This document shows positions 16,199 to 25,733 of a stretch of 64,000 nucleotides of DNA, one piece after another; the first letter of the stretch is position 1, and every line of letters begins with the position of its first letter. Under the pieces are notes generated by a model. The model worked only from the letters and a program-made list of their open reading frames with translations. It made no database searches and was not told the DNA's origin. This DNA is from Nitrospirota bacterium (GTDB taxonomy: Bacteria; Nitrospirota; Thermodesulfovibrionia; Thermodesulfovibrionales; JdFR-88), in the NCBI GenBank assembly GCA_014874185.1, contig JACWAF010000026.1, positions 15,256 through 79,255 on the forward strand. Direction: 5' to 3'. Position numbers and translations under genes: made by a program.

Positions 16199-18190
16199 TT
16201 GGAATTTCCTTTTTATACGGCGGCCATTTGCGCCTTCGGGGCGGGGATAACAGGTTTCCCGTTCGCCCCTAAAAAGTTATCGGGATATCTGTACTTCGTT
16301 TATGCCCTGGGCTCGGCCCTATTCGGGGCGGCGGCCCTCCAGACGGTATACTCCGGTGTGCAGACCTCGTTGAGTTTTTCCCTGAGCGGGGTGCTTGACA
16401 TCGCGTTCAGGACCGGCGGGCTTTCGGCCTTTTTCGCCCTGGTGCTCTCCATCCTTGGGTTCGCGGTCTCGGTATATTCGGCCGGGTACATGCGGCATGA
16501 GGACAACGCCTCGTTCCAGGGGGTCTTTTACGGGCTCTTCCTGATGTCAATCTACGCGGTATTCTATGCGGGAAACATGCCCGCCTTCCTTGTCTCGTGG
16601 GAGACCATGTCCCTGGTCTCCTATTTCCTCGTGGTAAGCGATTCCCGAAACGATGATTCCCGAAAGGCGGGCCTTACATACGCCACAATGACGCACATAG
16701 GCACGGCATTCATCATTGCGGCCTTCATGATCGCCTATGCCGGTACGGGGACAATGGACTTTGAAAAGCTCAGGGTCCTCATCTCCACAAAACCCGTATC
16801 GCTCCGCTGGGCCATCTTCGTTCCGGCGCTGACAGGCTTCGGGATAAAGGCGGGCATAGTGCCCCTGCACATATGGCTTCCGAAGGCGCACCCGGCCGCG
16901 CCTTCCAATGTCTCGGCCCTCATGTCCGGAGTGATGATCAAGACGGGCATCTACGGCATAGTCCTGTTTTCAATTTACATACTGGGCGGGGCGGTCGCCT
17001 CCTGGGGGGTGGTCCTCCTGGTGCTCGGGGCCGTCTCCTCCGTATTGGGGGTGCTCTATGCCCTTATGGAACACGATATGAAAAGGCTCCTCGCCTACCA
17101 CAGTGTGGAGAACATAGGGATAATACTTCTGGGAGTGGGCGCGTCGATAATCTTTCAGTCTTACGGGCTCTTCACGCTTGCCGGACTGGCCCTTGCCGCG
17201 GCGCTTTACCACACGTTGAACCACGCCGTCTTCAAGGGGCTCCTGTTCATGGGGGCGGGTTCGGTCCTGCACGGCACACATACGAAGAACATAGAGGAGA
17301 TGGGCGGGCTTTTGAAGAGGATGCCCTGGACGGGCCTTTTCTTCCTGGTGGGTTCCATATCGATATGCGCGCTTCCACCCACGAACGGCTTCGTCAGCGA
17401 ATGGCTTACCTATCAGTCATTGGTGCTTGGGAGCACGGCGCCCGCCGTATACGCCAAGGTTTTGATGCTCCTGGCCGGGACGGCGCTGGCCCTCACCGGG
17501 GCGCTCGCCGCCGACTGCTTCATAAAGGCATTCGGGATATCGTTTCTGGGAATGCCAAGGAGCGCCGAGGCGTCAGGCGCCAAAGAGTCATCCCGAAGCA
17601 TGCTGGCCGGGATGGCCGTGCTTGCGGCGTGCTGCCTTGCGCTTGGAATATTTCCAAATTTTGTCCTTGCCACAATGGGCAGGCTCGAAGTGGGCAGCCT
17701 TCCCTACGCCAGGGCCGCCCTGTCCGGAAACTGGATGCTCTCCGTCCAGAACGGCTTTTCAACCCTCTCTCCAATAGGGATACTGGCCATAATGCTGTCC
17801 GGGCTCCTGGCCCTGCTTGTCTTCATAAAGGGGCTTGGCAGGAGGGAGGTCTCCTATGGGGACTCCTGGGACTGCGGCATCAGAAGGCTCACGCCGCGGA
17901 TGCAATACACCGCCACGGCTTTTACAAAACCTCTCAGGCAGATATTCAAGAGGATATACCTGCCTACAAAAGAGGTAAAGATAATCTACAGGCTGCGGCC
18001 CTTCTTCGCGGAAAACATCACTTATAATTCGGGGATAACGCCCTTTTTCGAGAAATACGGATACGGCCCCGCGGTCTCCACGGTGCACAAGGCCGCACTC
18101 AGGATCAGAAAGCTCCAGTCCGGCAGCCTTCATCTGTACCTGGGCTATATACTGCTAACCCTCCTGGTCCTTCTTTTTGCGTGGGGGTAG
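16199..18190 (+). CDS. HyfB/HycC-like antiporter-type membrane subunit (NuoL/Mrp family)
   Basis: A 663-aa polytopic protein with 'WLPKAHPAAPSNVSALMSGVMIKTGIYG', the hallmark of NuoL/M/N-type proton-pumping subunits. Its length matches HyfB. Confidence 0.8.
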   Translation: MEFPFYTAAICAFGAGITGFPFAPKKLSGYLYFVYALGSALFGAAALQTVYSGVQTSLSFSLSGVLDIAFRTGGLSAFFALVLSILGFAVSVYSAGYMRHEDNASFQGVFYGLFLMSIYAVFYAGNMPAFLVSWETMSLVSYFLVVSDSRNDDSRKAGLTYATMTHIGTAFIIAAFMIAYAGTGTMDFEKLRVLISTKPVSLRWAIFVPALTGFGIKAGIVPLHIWLPKAHPAAPSNVSALMSGVMIKTGIYGIVLFSIYILGGAVASWGVVLLVLGAVSSVLGVLYALMEHDMKRLLAYHSVENIGIILLGVGASIIFQSYGLFTLAGLALAAALYHTLNHAVFKGLLFMGAGSVLHGTHTKNIEEMGGLLKRMPWTGLFFLVGSISICALPPTNGFVSEWLTYQSLVLGSTAPAVYAKVLMLLAGTALALTGALAADCFIKAFGISFLGMPRSAEASGAKESSRSMLAGMAVLAACCLALGIFPNFVLATMGRLEVGSLPYARAALSGNWMLSVQNGFSTLSPIGILAIMLSGLLALLVFIKGLGRREVSYGDSWDCGIRRLTPRMQYTATAFTKPLRQIFKRIYLPTKEVKIIYRLRPFFAENITYNSGITPFFEKYGYGPAVSTVHKAALRIRKLQSGSLHLYLGYILLTLLVLLFAWG

Positions 18191-19109
18191 GGTGGAGAGC
18201 CTGCAATTTCTGCTGATAATCTTCTTCTCCCCGCTCCTGCAGGGCTTCATCAAGAAAATAAAAGCCCTTTCGCAGGGGAGGGTGGGGCCTGGCATCCTTC
18301 AGCCCTACTACGACCTGATAAGGCTGTTCAAAAAAGACATGGTCATCTCGGAGACGGCCTCGTGGATATTCCATGCCGCGCCTTTCGTGACCTTCGTCTC
18401 CGTGCTTGCCGCATCCGTCATAACACCCGTTTTCAGCCTGCAGGGGGGCATCTTCAAGGCGGGGGACATAATCGCCATAATCTACACGCTGGCCCTAGGC
18501 CGTTTCTTCATGGCCCTGGCCGGGCTGGACGCGGGCACCGGGTTTGGGGGCGAGGGGTCCAGCCGCGAGGCCACCCTGGCCATCATAGTGGAGCCCGTGC
18601 TCATAATGGCCATATTCACCGCGGCCATAGCCGGGGGCTCCACAAGCCTCTCCATACTGAGCCGCTCGGCCAACATCTTCCGCTCCCCGGCCCACGTGCT
18701 GGCCTTCGCCGCTTTCTACGTGGCCCTGATAGCGGAGACCGGCAGGGTCCCGGTGGACAACCCAGACACCCACCTCGAATTAACCATGATCCACGAGGGG
18801 ATGGTCCTTGAATACTCGGGGCCGTACCTGGCCCTGATGGAATGGGCGCATTTCATGAAGCAGATGCTCCTGTTCACGATAGCCCTGGATCTCTTCTTCC
18901 CGTTCGGGATGCAGGGCGGCAGCACCGCCCTGGGGCTTGCCCCCGCTCCGGGGATTTACCTGATAAAGGTTTTCATAATGGGCGTGGCGGTCGCTTTAAC
19001 TGAAAGCACGCGGGCCAAGATGAGGTTCTTCCAGCTGCCGTCGCTTCTTGGGGGGGCCTTCGTGCTGGCCCTGCTGTCCGTGATAACCCTGATAATGCTG
19101 GGCGGATAG
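18177..19109 (+). CDS. HycD/HyfC-like membrane subunit (NuoH family)
   Basis: 'PLLQGFIKKIKALSQGRVGPGILQPYYDLIRLFKKD' matches the NuoH/HycD N-terminal signature. An alternative GTG start is at 18192. Confidence 0.8.
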   Translation: MRGGRVESLQFLLIIFFSPLLQGFIKKIKALSQGRVGPGILQPYYDLIRLFKKDMVISETASWIFHAAPFVTFVSVLAASVITPVFSLQGGIFKAGDIIAIIYTLALGRFFMALAGLDAGTGFGGEGSSREATLAIIVEPVLIMAIFTAAIAGGSTSLSILSRSANIFRSPAHVLAFAAFYVALIAETGRVPVDNPDTHLELTMIHEGMVLEYSGPYLALMEWAHFMKQMLLFTIALDLFFPFGMQGGSTALGLAPAPGIYLIKVFIMGVAVALTESTRAKMRFFQLPSLLGGAFVLALLSVITLIMLGG

Positions 19110-19113
19110 GAAC

Positions 19114-19776
19114 ATGGCAAGAAACTGGCTTCAGGCCTATTCAGTGCTGGACTTCATAGCTGTAGGGATGCTCCTGTCCGTTATAGCCGTAAGCTCGCAG
19201 AAGAGGCTGGAGTCCTGTGTGAGGACGTATGTGCTCAATTCCTGGCTGCTGGCGGCATTTGTAACCGTGAGCGCCTTCTACATGGGGATGCCGCACCTTT
19301 ACATCGCGGCGGCCCTCACGGTGCTCTCCAAGTGCTTCCTGATACCGTACTTCCTCAGGAAGGTGCTCCGGCAGCTGAGGGTGACGCATGACGTGGAGCC
19401 ATATATAAGCGCGCCGCTTTCGCTCCTGGCCGCCTTCGCCCTTGTAGTTGTGGTGTTTTCGTTTGTCTCGCAGGGCGTCTTCGTGACCGGCGTGACCAGG
19501 AACGCGCTGAAGATAGCCATATCGATAATCCTCATCAGCCTCTTCGTCATGATGACCAGGAAGAAGGCGATAACCCAGGTGATAGGGCTTCTAATAATGG
19601 AAAACGGGCTTTTCCTGGCCGGGTTTTCACTCACCTACGGGATGCCGATCATAGCGGAGCTGGGCGTGGTCTTCGACATGCTGATGGGCGTGATAATACT
19701 GGGCCTTTTTTTAACACAAATAAAAAAGGCATTCGTGAGCGTGGACCTGGACAAGCTCACCACATTGAAGGGATAG
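19114..19776 (+). CDS. HyfE-like small membrane subunit (NuoK-related)
   Basis: 220 aa with about 7 TM segments. Its size and position between the HyfC-like and HyfF-like genes match the E. coli hyf operon. Confidence 0.6.
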   Translation: MARNWLQAYSVLDFIAVGMLLSVIAVSSQKRLESCVRTYVLNSWLLAAFVTVSAFYMGMPHLYIAAALTVLSKCFLIPYFLRKVLRQLRVTHDVEPYISAPLSLLAAFALVVVVFSFVSQGVFVTGVTRNALKIAISIILISLFVMMTRKKAITQVIGLLIMENGLFLAGFSLTYGMPIIAELGVVFDMLMGVIILGLFLTQIKKAFVSVDLDKLTTLKG

Positions 19777-21225
19777 ATGCTATACGGGGTACTGATACCG
19801 CTTGCGGCCGCTCTCATCCTGATGGCCTCGAAGAGGCTGAAGCCGGCCGAATACATTACCGTGCTTGCCGCCGGGGCAGGGGCCCTCTGGGCGGGCACGA
19901 TTGCCTTCTACGCGCTTTACGGATATGTATTCGACGGGCTTGGCGGCCTCTTCAGGGCCGACGCGCTCTCGGCCTATATCCTCCTTATCATTGCCGGTCT
20001 GTCATTCGCAACGGCGGTCTATTCGGTTGGCTACATGAGGGGGGAACTCTCCAGGCTTGCCATAACTGAGAAGGCTCTCAAATTCTATTACGTGCTCTTC
20101 AACCTGTTCGTCTTTACCATGATGCTCATCCCCATTTCGAACAACCTGGCCTTTTTGTGGATAGCCATTGAGGCCACCACGCTTGTGAGCGCCCTGCTGG
20201 TGGGCATCTATAAAAGGCAGAACTCGATAGAGGCGGCCTGGAAGTACATCATCCTCTGCACGGTGGGCATCACGTTTGCCCTCCTGGGCACGTTCGTCAT
20301 CTACTACGCCTCCGCCGAGGCCGGCACGGGCACCCTGGACTGGACGGAGCTTAGCCGGATGGCCCACGGCCTGAACCCGGCCACTGTGAGGCTGGCCTTC
20401 ATACTGATAATAGTGGGGTACGGCACAAAGGCCGGGCTGGCCCCGGTACACAACTGGCTCCCGGACGCCCACAGCGAGGCCCCCACGCCGGTGAGCGCGC
20501 TCCTTTCGGGCATCCTCCTGAACTGCGCCTTCTACGGCGTGATGAGGTTCGCGGCCATCGCGGACAAGTCCTGCGGGCACGCCTTCGTGCAGGAGATAAT
20601 GGTATTCTTCGGGCTGGCTTCGATAATCATCCCCGCCATATTCATCCTTATTCAGTCCAATGCCAAGAGGCTCCTCGCTTACAGCAGCATAGAGCACATG
20701 GGGATAATCGCCCTGGCCTTCGGCATAGGCGGGGTCTGGGGCATCTACGCCGCCCTCCTGCACATCCTGAACCACGCCCTCGGGAAGCCCCTCATGTTCT
20801 TCGTCATGGGCAGGGTGCACTCGCAATATCATTCCGTTGAGATGGGCGAGGTGAGAGGCGTGCTCGGGGTGAACCCCCTGATTGCGGTGATCGGCTTTGC
20901 CGGGGCGATGTGCCTTGCCGGGATGCCGCCATTCAATATATTCCTCAGCGAATTTTTAATGATTAAGACCCTTGCCGCGGGCAGCTACTGGGGCATTATG
21001 GCCACGTTCCTCGCGGCAAGCGGGTTTGTGTTTTACGGGTTTTTAAAGGGTTTTGGCGGGATGTTCCTTGGCAAGCCCTCGCTGGAGCACGGAGAGCCGG
21101 TTTCCTTCAGGGCCTCAGATACGGTGCTGGTAGTGATGGGGATGGGCATCCTGCTCCTGGGGCTTTCCATCCCGGGGCCGCTGAATAAACTGATCAACCT
21201 CTCCATAGGGGCGCTCGGGGTCTAG
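19777..21225 (+). CDS. HyfF-like antiporter-type membrane subunit (NuoM/N family)
   Basis: Contains 'GTKAGLAPVHNWLPDAHSEAPTPVSALLSGILLNCAFYG', the NuoM/N signature. Confidence 0.8.
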   Translation: MLYGVLIPLAAALILMASKRLKPAEYITVLAAGAGALWAGTIAFYALYGYVFDGLGGLFRADALSAYILLIIAGLSFATAVYSVGYMRGELSRLAITEKALKFYYVLFNLFVFTMMLIPISNNLAFLWIAIEATTLVSALLVGIYKRQNSIEAAWKYIILCTVGITFALLGTFVIYYASAEAGTGTLDWTELSRMAHGLNPATVRLAFILIIVGYGTKAGLAPVHNWLPDAHSEAPTPVSALLSGILLNCAFYGVMRFAAIADKSCGHAFVQEIMVFFGLASIIIPAIFILIQSNAKRLLAYSSIEHMGIIALAFGIGGVWGIYAALLHILNHALGKPLMFFVMGRVHSQYHSVEMGEVRGVLGVNPLIAVIGFAGAMCLAGMPPFNIFLSEFLMIKTLAAGSYWGIMATFLAASGFVFYGFLKGFGGMFLGKPSLEHGEPVSFRASDTVLVVMGMGILLLGLSIPGPLNKLINLSIGALGV

Positions 21226-21226
21226 C

Positions 21227-22756
21227 ATGAATCCGGCAAACGAGATACACAAGAAACTGACCGAGGGGGAATTCCGCGAAGAGGCGGCAATGCTATTTGA
21301 TAATGGCAACCCGCTCATGCTCATGTTCTGCGTGGACGAGCGGGAGATTGGCGGAGGGTTCACCGTCTATGCCGTCTTCTCTTTGAAGGGAGAAGACCTG
21401 TTCATGGTCCTGAGCTTCCCCGTAACCGAAAAATCCGGGCGGTTTGCGTATAAGAGCATCACCCCCCTGGTGCCCGCCGCCCACTGGTACGAGCGTGAGA
21501 TAAGGGACATGTTCGGGATAGAGCCGCTGGGGCACCCAGACCCCAGGCCGCTGGTCCTTCACGGCATGTATCCGGACAACCTCCATCCCTTGAGAAGGGA
21601 CGTGACCGTGGAACAGATAAGAAGCCGCATTGACCTCGAAAGAGAGGACAATTACAATTTCGTGAAGGTAGAGGGCGAGGGGGTCTGCGAGATACCGGTG
21701 GGCCCCGTGCACGCGGGCATCATAGAGCCCGGCCATTTCCGTTTCAGCGCCGTGGGCGAAAGCATTTACTTCCTGGACCCAAGGCTGTTCTATACCCATA
21801 AAGGGGTGGAAAAACACTTCGAGCGGATTGGCTTCGAGCGGGGCGCAGCGCTTGCCGAAAGGGTGTCCGGCTGTTCCTCCTTCGCGCACTCCACGGCATA
21901 TTGCCTCGCGGTGGAAAGGATGGCCGGAGTGGAAATACCCGAAAAGGCCAAAGCCATCCGGACGCTCCTTCTGGAACTGGAGCGGATTTACAACCATATC
22001 GGCGACATAGGCAATATGTGCGCCGGGACGGGCTTCGCCGTTGGCTACCAGAGCGGCGCGCTGATAAAAGAGAAGCTCATGAGGCTGAACGCAAGCCTGA
22101 CCGGAAGCAGATATCTGAGGGGGGTGAATGCTCTTGGGGGCGTCAGCAGGGACGTGCTTGAGAAAGCGGACGAGATACTCTTCACCCTGGACGAGGTCAC
22201 TACGGAGTACAAGGATTTCATGGAGCTTCTGACCGGTTCGGTCTCCCATATGGAAAGACTGGACGGGGCGGGCGTGCTCTCGATGGACATAGCGCGCAAG
22301 CTTGGCGCCACGGGCATAGCCGCCCGCGGTTCGGGCATAAACCAGGACATGCGCACCGTGCACAAACACCTGATGTATGATTCAGTTGTGTTCGAGGCCC
22401 ATTCACGGGGGAAAGGCGACGTGCTGGCGCGGATGATGGTGAGGGCGGACGAGGCCGAATGCTCGTTCTCGATAATAGAGTCCATCCTCAAAGAGCCCTA
22501 TCCCGGCCCCCTCGCAGCCGGTATAAAAGGATTCCCGGCGCTCTCCTCCGCATTGGGCTATGTGGAGGGGCCCAGGGGGTCTGTCTTCTACTTTGTGAAG
22601 ACGAACGACAAGGGGGAACCGCTGAGGGTCAAGGTGCGTTCGGCATCGTTTTGCAACTGGCCTTTGATGCCCTTTGCGGTGAGGGGAAACATCATTCCGG
22701 ACTTCCCGCTTGTCAACAAGAGTTTTAATCTTTCATATTCCGGCTCGGACATGTAA
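21227..22756 (+). CDS. HycE/HyfG-like fused NuoC-NuoD-type subunit lacking all four [NiFe]-ligand cysteines
   Basis: Contains 'GPVHAGIIEPGHFRF' and 'RLFYTHKGVEK', typical of group-4 large subunits. The ligand motifs read RVSGCSSFAH (instead of RxCGxCxxxH), and the C-terminus reads NLSYSGSDM* (instead of DPCxxCxxR). Confidence 0.8.
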   Translation: MNPANEIHKKLTEGEFREEAAMLFDNGNPLMLMFCVDEREIGGGFTVYAVFSLKGEDLFMVLSFPVTEKSGRFAYKSITPLVPAAHWYEREIRDMFGIEPLGHPDPRPLVLHGMYPDNLHPLRRDVTVEQIRSRIDLEREDNYNFVKVEGEGVCEIPVGPVHAGIIEPGHFRFSAVGESIYFLDPRLFYTHKGVEKHFERIGFERGAALAERVSGCSSFAHSTAYCLAVERMAGVEIPEKAKAIRTLLLELERIYNHIGDIGNMCAGTGFAVGYQSGALIKEKLMRLNASLTGSRYLRGVNALGGVSRDVLEKADEILFTLDEVTTEYKDFMELLTGSVSHMERLDGAGVLSMDIARKLGATGIAARGSGINQDMRTVHKHLMYDSVVFEAHSRGKGDVLARMMVRADEAECSFSIIESILKEPYPGPLAAGIKGFPALSSALGYVEGPRGSVFYFVKTNDKGEPLRVKVRSASFCNWPLMPFAVRGNIIPDFPLVNKSFNLSYSGSDM

Positions 22757-22766
22757 ATTATTATTT

Positions 22767-23288
22767 ATGTTCACGCGAATTTTTAATAATATTATAGGGA
22801 AGAAAAAGGCCCTCCGGGCCGGTGAGCTTAAGCTTACAAGGTCGGACTTGGAGTTTGCCGAAGGGATGAGGAGGAAGATGCACAGCGTGTTTGGCCGCTC
22901 GGCAAGGATAAGGCAGGTGGACGCCGGCTCTTGCAATGCCTGCGAATGGGAGTGCACCGCCATGGGGAACCCCGTGTACGATTCGCAGAGGTTCGGGGTG
23001 GATTTCGTGGCCTCCCCCAGGCACGCCGACATCATCCTCGTTACGGGGCCGGTCTCGCTGGGTATGGTACTGGCCCTCAAAAAGACATATCTCGCCACAC
23101 CGGGGCCGAAGCTGGTCATCGCCTGCGGCGACTGCTCGAAAGACGGCGGCATTTACCGGGGCAGTTACGCGGTCACGGACGGGGCCGCGGAGATAGTGCC
23201 GGTGGACAGCTACATCCCGGGGTGTCCGCCCACGCCGCGCGACATACTCGCGGGAATAAGCAGGACCATTGACGCATTCATCAAATAA
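22767..23288 (+). CDS. HycG/HyfI-like small subunit (NuoB family), [4Fe-4S] cysteines retained
   Basis: Contains 'GSCNACEWE', 'SPRHADIILVTG', 'IACGDC' and 'YIPGCPPTP'. I prefer the ATG at 22767, just after the upstream stop, to 22710. Confidence 0.85.
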   Translation: MFTRIFNNIIGKKKALRAGELKLTRSDLEFAEGMRRKMHSVFGRSARIRQVDAGSCNACEWECTAMGNPVYDSQRFGVDFVASPRHADIILVTGPVSLGMVLALKKTYLATPGPKLVIACGDCSKDGGIYRGSYAVTDGAAEIVPVDSYIPGCPPTPRDILAGISRTIDAFIK

Positions 23289-23301
23289 AAGGAGGCTATT
23301 G

Positions 23302-24669
23302 ATGTCAGAGGCCGCTAGAGAGTACGAAGAACCTCCGAGCCAACAGATTCAAGTCCTGCCGCGCGAGGACGCGCACGGGGGAGACGACCTCTTCCGCAAG
23401 GTGGATCTCGCGCGGAAATTCTGGCCAGAGGCAACCCAGTCCGAATGGAACGACCCCCGATGGCAGATGGCAAACAGGCTCCGCACACTGGAACCGCTCT
23501 CCACTCTACTGGACCTGAAGCCCTATCAGAAACCGCGCTACAAAAGACTTATAGACGCGTTCCACTACTCGATCACCCCCTATTATCTCTCTCTGGCCAA
23601 CTGGTCTGACCCGGAAGACCCCATCAGAAAGCAGTGCGTCCCGGACCTCCGGGAGCTGGAATTCCAAATGGTGGGCGACAACGACCCGCTGGAAGAGGAA
23701 GATGACATGCAGGTGCAGGGGCTTGTGCACCGCTACCCGGACCGGGTGCTGGTAATAGCCACCAACGCCTGCAGCATGTATTGCAGGCATTGCACCAGGA
23801 AAAGGATCTGGCACGAGGGCGAGTCCTCAAGAAGTAAAAAAGATTTCCAGGCGATGCTCCATTATATCCGGGTCACTCCGGAGGTGCGAGAGGTGATCGT
23901 CTCCGGCGGAGACCCTCTTACAATGAACATGGAGCTTCTGGACTGGCTCCTTGGCGAACTCCGCAGGATATCCCATGTTGAGGTGCTCCGGATAGGCACG
24001 AGGCTTCCGGTGGTGCTCCCCATGGGCGTAACGGACGATATGGTGAAAATGCTCAGGGGCCACCGCCCGCTCTGGCTGAACACCCAGTTCAATCACCCGG
24101 CCGAGATAACCCCCGAGTCGCGGGAGGCCTGCGACCGCATACTCTCGGCGGGGATTCCGGTCAGCAACCAGTCGGTGCTCCTCCGCGGCATAAACGACTC
24201 ACCCGAAATAATGAAAGATCTCTGCCACGGGCTTCAGAGGATCATGGTTCGGCCCTATTACCTTTTCCAGTGCGACCCGGTGCGCGGAGTGGAGCATTTC
24301 CGCACCAGCATCTGGAAGGGGATAGAGATAATAGAGATGATGCGCGGCTACACGGGCGGGCTTACAATCCCCAATTTCGTGGTGGACGCGCCCGGCGGAG
24401 GCGGGAAGATACCGCTCCAGCCGTTCTATCTGCTCTCGGTCACCGACAAGGAGATTCTCCTCAGGAATTACGAGGGGATGATAATAAAGTACTACAACCC
24501 GGATGAGACCCATATGGAACGGGGCAGGAAATCGAACGGCGCCGGCAGGGACGGCGGCACGGCCCAGCTCCTGAAAGGCCAGGGGAAGGCCCTTGTGCCG
24601 GAAGAGACCCAGCGCTACAAGAGGAGAAAGCAGAAGGACCTGCTATTCAAGCTGGGCGATATGAAATGA
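23302..24669 (+). CDS. KamA-family radical-SAM amino acid 2,3-aminomutase (lysine 2,3-aminomutase-like; substrate not determinable by eye)
   Basis: Contains 'NACSMYCRHCTRKR' (CxxxCxxC), 'VIVSGGDPL' and 'RPYYLFQCDPVRGVEHF'. The SD AAGGAGG lies 7 nt upstream of the ATG at 23302. Confidence 0.85.
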   Translation: MSEAAREYEEPPSQQIQVLPREDAHGGDDLFRKVDLARKFWPEATQSEWNDPRWQMANRLRTLEPLSTLLDLKPYQKPRYKRLIDAFHYSITPYYLSLANWSDPEDPIRKQCVPDLRELEFQMVGDNDPLEEEDDMQVQGLVHRYPDRVLVIATNACSMYCRHCTRKRIWHEGESSRSKKDFQAMLHYIRVTPEVREVIVSGGDPLTMNMELLDWLLGELRRISHVEVLRIGTRLPVVLPMGVTDDMVKMLRGHRPLWLNTQFNHPAEITPESREACDRILSAGIPVSNQSVLLRGINDSPEIMKDLCHGLQRIMVRPYYLFQCDPVRGVEHFRTSIWKGIEIIEMMRGYTGGLTIPNFVVDAPGGGGKIPLQPFYLLSVTDKEILLRNYEGMIIKYYNPDETHMERGRKSNGAGRDGGTAQLLKGQGKALVPEETQRYKRRKQKDLLFKLGDMK

Positions 24670-25733
24670 AGATCGCCCTCACTTACGACCTCCGGCGCGA
24701 GTACATGGAGATGGGCTACTCCGAGGAGGAGACCGCCGAGTTCGACAGCGAAGAGACCGTCGAGCATCTTAAGGCCGCTGTGCGCGAACTGGGGCACGAG
24801 GCCGTCCCGGCAGGCAATATCTACGAGCTTACCCGCCGTCTTGCCGGCGGAGAGACCTGGGACCTGGTCTTCAATATCTGCGAGGGGCTCCGGGGCAGGA
24901 ACCGCGAGTCCCAGGCGCCCGCCCTCCTTGAGGCCTATAATATCCCTTACACGTTCAGCGACCCCCTCACGCTTTCTTTATGCCTGGACAAGGCCATGGC
25001 GAAGCGGGTGGTGCGGGACTCCGGCGTGCCCACACCGGATTTCTTCGTCATAAATTCTGTCCCGGAGATAGATAAATCAGAACTCCCAAAAGGGATGAAA
25101 TTCCCGCTTTTCGTAAAGCCCGTCTCCGAGGGGACGGGGAAGGGCGTTACCCCGGCCTCGATAGTGAACGACCCGAAAGAGCTTAAGAACCAGGCAAGGA
25201 GGCTGCTCTTGAAATATTCGCAGCCCGTCCTGGTGGAGGGCTATCTTCCGGGAGATGAGTTCACGGTGGGGATACTTGGCACCGGACCCGAGGCCCGTGT
25301 GATAGGCGCGTTGGAGGTGAAACTCCTCAAGAGCGCCGAGCCCCTGGTCTACTCCTACATGAACAAGGAACTCTGCGAAGAGCGCGTGGAGTACACGCTT
25401 GTAAAAAGTAAAAAGCTCCTCAGGGAGGCCTCGGACGTGGCCCTTCGCGCATACCAAGCCCTCCAGTGCAGGGACGCGGGCAGGGCGGACCTGAAGGCCG
25501 GCCCGGACGGAAGGCTTCAATTCATTGAGATGAACCCGCTTGCGGGGCTTCATCCCACGCACTCCGACCTGCCGGTCCTATGCTCCAGGGCCGGGATGAG
25601 CTACAGGGAGCTTGTCTCTTCCATAATAGAATCCGCATCCAAAAGAAAGGCCTCTTCAAACAGCAGGACAGCCTGCAATACAGACCAGTCCTTATTCCGG
25701 AGGCCGCCCCCGGGCAGGCCAGCCGGCCTTTGA
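24666..25733 (+). CDS. ATP-grasp ligase, D-alanine--D-alanine ligase-like family
   Basis: Ddl-like layout: 'DKAMAKRVVRDSGVPTPDF', 'FPLFVKPVSEGTGKGV', 'YLPGDEFTVGILG', 'LQFIEMNPLAGL'. Its ATGA start overlaps the kamA-like stop. Confidence 0.75.
   Translation: MKIALTYDLRREYMEMGYSEEETAEFDSEETVEHLKAAVRELGHEAVPAGNIYELTRRLAGGETWDLVFNICEGLRGRNRESQAPALLEAYNIPYTFSDPLTLSLCLDKAMAKRVVRDSGVPTPDFFVINSVPEIDKSELPKGMKFPLFVKPVSEGTGKGVTPASIVNDPKELKNQARRLLLKYSQPVLVEGYLPGDEFTVGILGTGPEARVIGALEVKLLKSAEPLVYSYMNKELCEERVEYTLVKSKKLLREASDVALRAYQALQCRDAGRADLKAGPDGRLQFIEMNPLAGLHPTHSDLPVLCSRAGMSYRELVSSIIESASKRKASSNSRTACNTDQSLFRRPPPGRPAGL

Noticed and set aside
16873-18027. Long alternative-frame and antisense ORFs inside well-supported genes (e.g. 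10141-10740, 16873-18027, 20002-20832, 21293-22369, 33212-34303, 34728-35570, 38517-39620, 41834-43060, 45777-46490, 48212-49366, 58388-59803, 60856-61710)
   Set aside because: Their Arg/Gly/Pro/His-rich composition is typical of off-frame translation of GC-rich coding DNA. Each is fully contained in or opposite to a gene with unambiguous family motifs.
21227-22756. Calling this gene a functional [NiFe] hydrogenase large subunit (HycE/HyfG) and the operon a formate hydrogenlyase or hydrogenase-4
   Set aside because: Both Ni-ligand motifs are present in alignment register but all four cysteines are substituted (RVSGCSSFAH, NLSYSGSDM*). No hyp genes, formate dehydrogenase genes or HycF-like genes are in the window.
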